Source: an uncultured Bifidobacteriaceae bacterium
GTDB lineage: Bacteria > Actinomycetota > Actinomycetes > S36-B12
DNA: 41,508 nucleotides
Direction: 5' to 3'
Assembly (NCBI GenBank): GCA_964597445.1
Contig: CAZQXO010000001.1
Coordinates: 148,658-190,165 of the forward strand
Below are positions 34,337 to 41,508 of this stretch, in pieces. Each line of letters begins with the position of its first letter. Positions within the stretch are counted from its first letter, which is position 1. The notes under the pieces were generated by a model, which was given only the letters and a program-made list of their open reading frames with translations, did not search any database and was not told the DNA's origin. The position numbers were made by a program, and so were the translations under genes.

Positions 34337-34987
34337 ATGTATACCGGACGCGTGAGTGTCGCCGGACCGGCAGACGTCCATGAACTGCCCGGCCTCATGA
34401 TCAGCAAGCTGGCCGTCGGCCCCTACGACAACAACGTCTACCTGCTGCGCTGTCGCGCCTCGGGGGCCCAGATCCTGATCGACGCCGCAGCCGAACCTGG
34501 TCGGATCATGGACCTCATTGGGCCCGAGGGCGTCTCCCTGATCATCACCACCCACCGGCACCCCGATCACTGGCAGGCCCTGCAGGAGGTCGTGGATCTC
34601 ACGGGCGCACCGACCGCGGCCCACCGTCTCGATGCCCCGGGCATCCCGGTGCCCACGCAGGTGCTGCTCGAGGATGGGGAGCAGATCCGGTTCGGACAGT
34701 GCTCCCTCGAGGCGATCCACCTCGTGGGTCACACGCCAGGCTCGATCGCTCTGCTGTACGACGACCCGGACGGCCCCCCGCACCTCATCACCGGGGACTG
34801 CCTCTTCCCCGGCGGAGTCGGAAAGACGTCATCGACGGACGATTTCGGCTCCCTCTACGCCGATGTGACGACGAAGCTCTTCGATCGCCTGCCGGATGAG
34901 ACCTGGGTCTACCCCGGACACGGCTGGGACACCACGATCGGGGCCGAGCGGCCCCACCTTCAGGAGTGGCGCGAGCGCGGCTGGTGA
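34337..34987 (+). CDS. MBL-fold metallo-hydrolase (glyoxalase II-like)
   Basis: THRHPDH, GHTPGS, TGDCLF, YPGHG; GGAG RBS. Confidence 0.92.
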   Translation: MYTGRVSVAGPADVHELPGLMISKLAVGPYDNNVYLLRCRASGAQILIDAAAEPGRIMDLIGPEGVSLIITTHRHPDHWQALQEVVDLTGAPTAAHRLDAPGIPVPTQVLLEDGEQIRFGQCSLEAIHLVGHTPGSIALLYDDPDGPPHLITGDCLFPGGVGKTSSTDDFGSLYADVTTKLFDRLPDETWVYPGHGWDTTIGAERPHLQEWRERGW

Positions 34988-34994
34988 CGTCCTC

Positions 34995-35996
34995 TCAGCC
35001 CTCTTTCGGCTCCTCCGAGTGGGGGTCCGTGAGGCGGCCCGCGTGCGCCACGGCGCTGGGGTCCTTGCGCACCTTGAGCCACGAGCCCACCGCAACGAGC
35101 ACGAGGACCAGGCCGATGAAGGCCAGGCTCCAGTTGGTCGGGATCTTGGGCACGGTGTCCGGCCAGGTCTCGTGCCCCCAGGTGAGCACAAGCTTGATGC
35201 CGATGAAGACCAGGATGACGGCCAAGCCCGTGGAAAGATAGACAAGCTTGTCCAGCAGGCCCTTGAGGAGGAAGTAGAGGGCCCTCAGCCCGAGCAGGGC
35301 GAAGGCATTCGCTGCGAAGACCAGATACGGCTCCTGAGTCACCCCGAACGTGGCCGGAATCGAATCGAGGGCGAACAGCACGTCCGTCGAGCCGATCGCG
35401 ATCATCACCAGCAGGAGGGGCGTGATGGCCTTGCGTCCGTTGATCCGGGTGAAGAGCTTCGTGCCGTCGTAGTGATCACTCACCAGGAAACGCTTGCGCA
35501 CGACGCGTACGACAACGTTCTCCGATGGCTCGGGATCCTCGTTGCGATGCCGTGCCAGTTGGATTCCGGTCCAGATGAGGATGGCACCGAAGAGCACGAA
35601 CGTGAAGGAGAACGCCGCGAGGGCGGCCGCGCCCACCGCGATGAAGATGGCGCGGAGGACCAGGGCCAGGACCACCCCGACCAGCAGAACCCGCTGATGG
35701 AGCTCGGCTGGCACGGCGAACTGGGTGAGGATGATGATGAAGACGAACAGATTGTCGACACTGAGCGACTTCTCCACCAGATAGGCAGCGAAGAACTGCG
35801 TGCCGATGTCGCTCCCCTGCCACACCCACATCGCGATGCCGAAGGCCACGGCGATCGAGACGTAGAAGATGGACCAGAAGAGAGCCTCCTTGAACATCAC
35901 CTCGTGGGGCTTGTGGCTGACCGTCACGAAGTCGAGCACGATCAAGCCGATGATTCCGGCGATGGTGACGGCCCAGAGGGCCAGCGTCACATCCAC
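34995..35996 (-). CDS. TerC/Alx family membrane protein
   Basis: YLVEKSLSVDNLFVF, DVLFALDSIPA, NAFALLGLRALYF, FIGIKL; start moved to GTG 35996. Confidence 0.92.
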   Translation of the reverse strand: MDVTLALWAVTIAGIIGLIVLDFVTVSHKPHEVMFKEALFWSIFYVSIAVAFGIAMWVWQGSDIGTQFFAAYLVEKSLSVDNLFVFIIILTQFAVPAELHQRVLLVGVVLALVLRAIFIAVGAAALAAFSFTFVLFGAILIWTGIQLARHRNEDPEPSENVVVRVVRKRFLVSDHYDGTKLFTRINGRKAITPLLLVMIAIGSTDVLFALDSIPATFGVTQEPYLVFAANAFALLGLRALYFLLKGLLDKLVYLSTGLAVILVFIGIKLVLTWGHETWPDTVPKIPTNWSLAFIGLVLVLVAVGSWLKVRKDPSAVAHAGRLTDPHSEEPKEG

Positions 35997-36093
35997 AGTC
36001 GATCCCCTCGTTCTCGGAGTGCCAGCTAAGGCCGACCCCCCGAGGGTAGTGGTGCAGCGTCCGCGATCCCCGGCGACCCGATCCGGCGCCGCC

Positions 36094-38163
36094 TCAGGCC
36101 GTTCCCGCCTCCTGCATGCCGCGAAGTTCCCGCTTGAGGTCCGAGACCTCATCCCTCAGCCGAGCAGCGAGCTCGAAGTTGAGCTCTGCTGCCGCCTCGT
36201 GCATCTGGGCCGTGAGGTCCTCGATCAGGCGGGTGAGCTCGACCCCCGGCAGGGATCTCGCCCCCGCTCCGGACCCTCCGGACGCAGTCGCACGCGACTG
36301 GGCCAGGAGCTCCTCGGTGTCCGCGTCCTCACGGGCCAGCAGGTCGGTGATATCGGCGATGCGCTTGCGGAGCGGCTGCGGATCCAGCCCCCTCTCCACG
36401 TTGTAGGCCACCTGCTTGGCACGGCGTCGGTTGGTCTCATCGATCGCCCGCTGCATCGACGGAGTGACCTTGTCGGCGTACATGTGCACCTGTCCTGACA
36501 CGTTTCGGGCCGCCCGCCCGATCGTCTGGATCAAGGAGGTCTCCGATCGCAGGAAGCCCTCCTTGTCGGCGTCCAGGATCGCCACGAGGGACACCTCAGG
36601 GAGATCGAGGCCCTCACGCAGCAGGTTGATCCCGACCAGCACGTCGAACACTCCCAGACGGAGTTCTCGCAGGAGCTCGACCCGGCGCAGGGTGTCGACC
36701 TCCGAGTGCAGGTAGCGCACCCGGATCCCGTGCTCGAGGAGGTAGTCCGTGAGGTCCTCAGCCATGCGCTTGGTGAGCGTGGTGACCAGCGAGCGCTCCC
36801 CCCGTTCGGCCCTCACCCGAACTTCAGCCATGAGGTCATCGATCTGCCCGGTCGTGGGCTTGATGATGATCTCCGGATCGACCAGTCCGGTCGGGCGGAT
36901 CACCTGCTCGACGACGTCGCCCTCGACCCGCGTCAACTCGTAGGGCCCCGGCGTCGCAGACAGGTAGACGGTCTGGCCAATGCGCTCCTGGAACTCCTGC
37001 CACCGCAGGGGCCGGTTGTCCATGGCGCTCGGGAGCCGGAATCCGTGCTCGACGAGGGTGCGCTTGCGGCTCATGTCTCCCTCGTACATCGCGCCGATCT
37101 GCGGCACCGTGACATGGGACTCGTCGAGGACGAGAAGGAAGTCCTCAGGGAAGTAGTCCAGAAGGCAGTTGGGCGCCGAGCCCTCCTCGCGGCCGTCGAT
37201 GTGACGTGAGTAGTTCTCGATGCCTGCGCAGGTCCCAACCTGCCGCATCATCTCGATGTCGTACGTCGTCCGCATGCGCAGCCGCTGGGCCTCGAGCAGC
37301 TTCCCCTGACCCTCGAGCTCGGCCAGCCGCGCCGCCAGCTCCTGCTCTATGCCGGCGATGGCACGCTCCATCCGCTCGGGACCGGCAACGTAGTGCGTGG
37401 CAGGGAAGACATACATCTCGTCGTCCTCCGTGAGGATCTCCCCCGTGACCGGATGCAGCGTCATCAAGCGCTCGATCTCGTCGCCGAACATCTCGATGCG
37501 CACGGGATGCTCCTCGTACACGGGGAACACCTCGACGGTGTCTCCCCGCACCCGGAAGGTCCCACGCTGGAAGGCGATGTCGTTGCGCGTGTACTGGATG
37601 TCGACCAGGGCTCGCAGCAGCACATCGCGCTCGATCTCCTGACCCACGCGCAGTCGCACCATGCGATCCACGTACTCCTGTGGCGTCCCCAGACCGTAGA
37701 TCGCTGAGACCGTCGCGACGACGAGGACGTCCCGGCGGGTCAGCAGGCTGTTGGTCGCGGAATGACGCAGGCGCTCGACCTCCTCATTGATCGACGAGTC
37801 CTTCTCGATGTAGGTATCGCTCTGCGGGATGTACGCCTCGGGCTGGTAGTAGTCGTAGTAGGACACGAAGTACTCGACCGCGTTGTCGGGCATCAGCTCT
37901 CGGAACTCGGTCGCCAACTGCGCCGCAAGGGTCTTGTTGGGAGCCATCACGAGCGTGGGCCTCTGGAGTCGCTCGACGATCCACGCCGTCGTCGCGCTCT
38001 TGCCCGTCCCCGTGGCACCCAGGAGGACGATGTCCTGCTCCCCCTGCTGGATTCGGTGCACGATCTCGTCGATGGCCTTGGGCTGGTCACCCGACGGCTC
38101 GTAGGGGGCCTTGACGGTGAACGGGGCGACCTTGCGCTGCAGGTCGGTGACCGGGCGCGTCAT
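36094..38163 (-). CDS. uvrB: Excinuclease ABC subunit B
   Basis: [35 protein letters not shown]-terminal UVR domain; ATG overlaps the coaE stop. Confidence 0.98.
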   Translation of the reverse strand: MTRPVTDLQRKVAPFTVKAPYEPSGDQPKAIDEIVHRIQQGEQDIVLLGATGTGKSATTAWIVERLQRPTLVMAPNKTLAAQLATEFRELMPDNAVEYFVSYYDYYQPEAYIPQSDTYIEKDSSINEEVERLRHSATNSLLTRRDVLVVATVSAIYGLGTPQEYVDRMVRLRVGQEIERDVLLRALVDIQYTRNDIAFQRGTFRVRGDTVEVFPVYEEHPVRIEMFGDEIERLMTLHPVTGEILTEDDEMYVFPATHYVAGPERMERAIAGIEQELAARLAELEGQGKLLEAQRLRMRTTYDIEMMRQVGTCAGIENYSRHIDGREEGSAPNCLLDYFPEDFLLVLDESHVTVPQIGAMYEGDMSRKRTLVEHGFRLPSAMDNRPLRWQEFQERIGQTVYLSATPGPYELTRVEGDVVEQVIRPTGLVDPEIIIKPTTGQIDDLMAEVRVRAERGERSLVTTLTKRMAEDLTDYLLEHGIRVRYLHSEVDTLRRVELLRELRLGVFDVLVGINLLREGLDLPEVSLVAILDADKEGFLRSETSLIQTIGRAARNVSGQVHMYADKVTPSMQRAIDETNRRRAKQVAYNVERGLDPQPLRKRIADITDLLAREDADTEELLAQSRATASGGSGAGARSLPGVELTRLIEDLTAQMHEAAAELNFELAARLRDEVSDLKRELRGMQEAGTA

Positions 38164-38756
38164 GACGGGTCCTCCCGCAGATGCCGCCACAGGCGGTCGA
38201 CCTGCTCCTCCGTCTCGTCCCTGGACCCGGAGTTGTCGATCACGACGTCCGCCACCGAACGGCGCTCCTCCCGGGACGCCTGCAGGGCGATCCGGCGTCG
38301 GACGTCCTGTTCCTCGAGGCCGCGCATGCCCACCGCACGCTCGATCTGGACGTCCTCGGGCGCATCGACGACGACCACGACATCGACGAGCGACTGCTGG
38401 CCCGTCTCGACGAGCAGCGGCATGTCGTAGACCACGACGGAATCGACCGGGGCCGCATCCATACGGCGCCGACTCTCCTCAGCGATGAGGGGATGCATGA
38501 TCGCATTGAGCCGCTCCGTAGCCCCAGGATCACGGAACGCGATGCTCGCCAGGGTGGCCCTGCTCAGAGACCCGTCCGGCTGGAGGATCGATGAGCCGAA
38601 CTCGTCGACCAAGGCTTCCAGAGCGGGCTCCCCCGGCTCCACCAGTTCGCGGGCGATCGCATCGGCATCGATGAGCACGGCTCCCCGCGACGCCAGCATG
38701 GACGCCACCGTGGACTTGCCCGAGCCGATGCCGCCCGTGAGCCCGATCCTGCGCAT
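38160..38756 (-). CDS. coaE: Dephospho-CoA kinase
   Basis: [41 protein letters not shown]. Confidence 0.97.
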   Translation of the reverse strand: MRRIGLTGGIGSGKSTVASMLASRGAVLIDADAIARELVEPGEPALEALVDEFGSSILQPDGSLSRATLASIAFRDPGATERLNAIMHPLIAEESRRRMDAAPVDSVVVYDMPLLVETGQQSLVDVVVVVDAPEDVQIERAVGMRGLEEQDVRRRIALQASREERRSVADVVIDNSGSRDETEEQVDRLWRHLREDPS

Positions 38757-38762
38757 TCCCCC

Positions 38763-38768
38763 ACCCTA
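38763..38768 (-). promoter_or_regulatory. Candidate -10 element (TAGGGT) for a leaderless coaE-uvrB transcript
   Basis: TANNNT 6 nt before ATG 38756. Confidence 0.55.
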
Positions 38769-38776
38769 GGACGCCG

Positions 38777-38825
38777 ACGGCGGACCCGATCATCACGCGT
38801 GAAGCGCAGCGATCGGATCCGCCGT
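38777..38825 (-). terminator. Long hairpin downstream of rpsA, probable terminator or 3' stabiliser
   Basis: Arms 38777-38791 and 38811-38825 match 14/15; the mismatch is a G-U pair on the minus strand; no U-tract. Confidence 0.6.
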
Positions 38826-38840
38826 GGTGTCGCGAGGGGT

Positions 38841-40298
38841 CTACTCCCCCGTGAGCTTGTCGCGGAGGGCCTGAAGCGCCTCGTCCGAGGCCAGGGTGCC
38901 CGCGGAGTCGTCGGCAGCCGAGGAGTACGAGGACGGAGCCTCGCCAGCCTCCACGGCCGCTGCCTGGTCCGCAGCCCGGGCATCGTCGACCTGCTTGCGA
39001 TGAGCCTCCCAGCGAGCATGGGCCTCGGCGTACTGCCGCTCCCACTCCTCGCGCTGGGCCTCGGACCCCGGCTTCCACTCGCCCGTCTCCGGGTCGAAGC
39101 CATCCGGACCGATGTAGTCGCCAGCGTCGTTGAAGGCGGGAGCCATGCCGTACAGGTAAGGATCGAACTCCTCACCGGAGACGCCGTCACCCGAATCGTT
39201 CGCCTGCTTCAGCGACAGCGAGATGCGGCGACGCTCGAGGTCGATGTCGATGACGCGAACGAAGATGTCGTCGTTGACCTGGACGATCTGCTCGGGAAGC
39301 TCGATGTGACGCTCGGCGAGCTCGGAGATGTGCACCAGACCCTCGATGCCCTCCTCGACCCGGACGAACGCGCCGAACGGCACGAGCTTCGTGACCTTGC
39401 CCGGCACGACCTGGCCGATCTGGTGCGTGCGCGCGAAGTGCTGCCAGGGATCCTCCTGCGTCGCCTTCAGCGACAGCGAGACGCGCTCGCGATCCATGTC
39501 GACATCGAGGACCTCGACCGTGACCTCCTGGCCGACCTCGACGACCTCGGACGGGTGGTCGATGTGCTTCCAGGAAAGCTCGGAGACGTGCACGAGACCG
39601 TCGACGCCGCCGAGGTCGACGAATGCACCGAAGTTGACGATGCTCGACACGACGCCGCTGCGGATCTGGCCCTTCTGCAGCTGGGTGAGGAAGGTCTGAC
39701 GGACCTCACTCTGGGTCTGCTCAAGCCACGCACGGCGCGAGAGGACGACGTTGTTGCGGTTCTTGTCGAGCTCGATGATCTTCGCCTCGAGGGTCTTGCC
39801 CACGTACGGCTGCAGATCACGCACGCGGCGCATCTCGACGAGCGAGGCGGGGAGGAACCCGCGGAGGCCGATGTCCAGGATCAGACCCCCCTTGACGACC
39901 TCGATCACCTGGCCCTCGACGACGCCGTCCTCGTCCTTGATGCGCTCGATGGTTCCCCACGCGCGCTCGTACTGCGCACGCTTCTTCGAGAGGATGAGGC
40001 GGCCTTCCTTGTCCTCCTTGGTGAGAACGAGGGCCTCGACGTGATCGCCCACGGAGACGACCTCACCGGGATCGACATCGTGCTTGATGCTGAGCTCGCG
40101 CGACGGGATGACGCCCTCGGTCTTGTAGCCGATGTCGAGGAGGACCTCGTCGCGGTCCACCTTGACGATGATGCCCTCGACGATGTCGCCGTCGTTGAAG
40201 TACTTGATGGTCGCGTCGATCGCCGCGAGGAAGTCATCAGCCGAGCCGATGTCGTTGACCGCCACCTGGGCGGGTACAGCAGTGGTAGAGGTGGTCAT
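38841..40298 (-). CDS. rpsA: 30S ribosomal protein S1
   Basis: Four S1 repeats (FNDGDIVEG, GFLPASLV, FGAFVDLGG, FGAFVRV), C-terminal LASDEALQALRDKL; start moved to ATG 40298. Confidence 0.97.
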   Translation of the reverse strand: MTTSTTAVPAQVAVNDIGSADDFLAAIDATIKYFNDGDIVEGIIVKVDRDEVLLDIGYKTEGVIPSRELSIKHDVDPGEVVSVGDHVEALVLTKEDKEGRLILSKKRAQYERAWGTIERIKDEDGVVEGQVIEVVKGGLILDIGLRGFLPASLVEMRRVRDLQPYVGKTLEAKIIELDKNRNNVVLSRRAWLEQTQSEVRQTFLTQLQKGQIRSGVVSSIVNFGAFVDLGGVDGLVHVSELSWKHIDHPSEVVEVGQEVTVEVLDVDMDRERVSLSLKATQEDPWQHFARTHQIGQVVPGKVTKLVPFGAFVRVEEGIEGLVHISELAERHIELPEQIVQVNDDIFVRVIDIDLERRRISLSLKQANDSGDGVSGEEFDPYLYGMAPAFNDAGDYIGPDGFDPETGEWKPGSEAQREEWERQYAEAHARWEAHRKQVDDARAADQAAAVEAGEAPSSYSSAADDSAGTLASDEALQALRDKLTGE

Positions 40299-40464
40299 GG
40301 AGTAGGGGATCCTGTGGTTGACGATGCCGTTCGCAGGCGCACCACAGCACGGCAACCGGAGGGGAAGGACCCCGCAGGGGCGCAGCCATGGAGCCGCCCC
40401 GATCCCTATGTCCGGATCCGGGCCCTCCGAGCGACCTCCCCATGCTACCGGGGCGCTGAACGGC

Positions 40465-41508
40465 CTAGTGCGCCGCGTCCTCCCACGAGCGACCGACCCC
40501 GACGGAGACGTCCATGGGAACCGACAGGGACACGGCCCCCTCCATGGCCTCCCGAACCGCCGCCTCGGCCTCCTGCGCTTCCCCGGGAGCGACCTCCAGC
40601 ACCAGTTCGTCGTGCACCTGCAGCAGGACCCGACTGGCCAGGTCACGCTCCTGCAGGAGCCGGTCCAGCCTCAGCATCGCCACCTTGACGATGTCGGCCG
40701 CCGTGCCCTGGATCGGGGCGTTCAGGGCCATCCGCTCAGCCATCTCACGGCGCTGGCGGTTGCTGCTGCCGAGATCCGGCAGATAGCGACGGCGGCCCAG
40801 CATCGTCGACGTGTAGCCCTCCGCTCGTGCCCGATCCACGACCTCCGAGAGGTAGTCGCGGACCCCGCCGAACCGCGCGAAGTAGGTGTCCATGAGCCCC
40901 CTTGCCTCATCCGGTCCGATGTCGAGCTGCTGGGCCAGGCCGTAGGGGCTGAGTCCGTAGGCGAGTCCGTACGACATCGCCTTGATCCGCCGGCGCATCT
41001 CCGGATCGACGTCTGCGGGAGCGACGCCGAATACCTGGCTCGCCACCGTCGTGTGAAGGTCCTCCCCGGAGCGGAAGGCCGTGATCAGGCCGGCGTCCTC
41101 CGACAGGTGCGCCATGATCCGCATCTCGATCTGGCTGTAGTCAGCCGTCATGAGCGACTCGAATCCCGAGCCCACGACGAAGCAGCCTCGGATGCGACGA
41201 CCAGCCTCGGTCCGGATGGGGATGTTCTGCAGGTTGGGGTCCGAGCTCGACAGCCGCCCCGTGGCCGCCACCGTCTGATGGAACGTCGTGTGGATGCGTC
41301 CGTCAGCGTCGACGAGCGGGATCAGCCCATCGACGGTCTGTCGGAGCTTGGTCCGGTCACGCCAGGCGAGCAACTGCTCCAGCAGCGGGTCACCCGTCTG
41401 GGCGAAGAGCTGCTGCAGGGACTCCGCGTCCGTCGTGTACCCGGTCTTGATCTTCTTCGTCTTGGGCAGCGCCCGTTCCCCGAACAGGATCTCCTGCAGC
41501 TGCTTGGG
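40465..41508 (-). CDS. polA: DNA polymerase I, C-terminal part (5' end outside the window)
   Basis: TGRLSSSDPNLQNIP, ADYSQIEMR, KAMSYGLAYG, NAPIQGTAAD, LQVHDEL. Confidence 0.98.
   Translation of the reverse strand, partial: PKQLQEILFGERALPKTKKIKTGYTTDAESLQQLFAQTGDPLLEQLLAWRDRTKLRQTVDGLIPLVDADGRIHTTFHQTVAATGRLSSSDPNLQNIPIRTEAGRRIRGCFVVGSGFESLMTADYSQIEMRIMAHLSEDAGLITAFRSGEDLHTTVASQVFGVAPADVDPEMRRRIKAMSYGLAYGLSPYGLAQQLDIGPDEARGLMDTYFARFGGVRDYLSEVVDRARAEGYTSTMLGRRRYLPDLGSSNRQRREMAERMALNAPIQGTAADIVKVAMLRLDRLLQERDLASRVLLQVHDELVLEVAPGEAQEAEAAVREAMEGAVSLSVPMDVSVGVGRSWEDAAH

Noticed and set aside
36014-36030. CIRCE-like half site (CTGGCACTC, minus strand) upstream of the TerC gene
   Set aside because: The second arm (GAGTGCTAA after 9 nt) is absent

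Overview
High-GC (about 70%, estimated by eye) actinobacterial chromosomal core region, almost fully coding. I found no rRNA, tRNA, CRISPR, phage or IS signatures. Left to right: a fused ABC exporter, a crotonase-family enzyme and an ABC-F ATPase; the complete sufR-sufB-sufD-Rieske-sufC-sufS-sufU-sufT Fe-S operon (minus strand); a divergent ABC-2 exporter plus heme A synthase, converging on heme O synthase; the tkt-tal-zwf-opcA-pgl pentose-phosphate operon; then a long minus-strand run that reads, in transcription order, polA (partial), rpsA, coaE, uvrB, TerC-family gene, (plus-strand metallo-hydrolase), uvrA, Tat Rieske lipoprotein, uvrC, rapZ, yvcK, whiA, GT4 glycosyltransferase, gap, pgk, tpiA, secG and an RbpA-family gene. 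This gene order is the familiar actinomycete arrangement, and I cannot support a claim of a large new biological system here. The most interesting signals are small: a 31-bp triplication of a stop/RBS/start junction that creates chained mini-ORFs; an exact CAAC-N6-GTTG palindrome over the sufR start, shared with a heme-related ABC operon; a LacI/cre-like operator at the gap promoter; a non-canonical RbpA paralog; and an inserted glycosyltransferase. Many start codons were moved from the ORF track using RBS, overlap and family N-terminus evidence.
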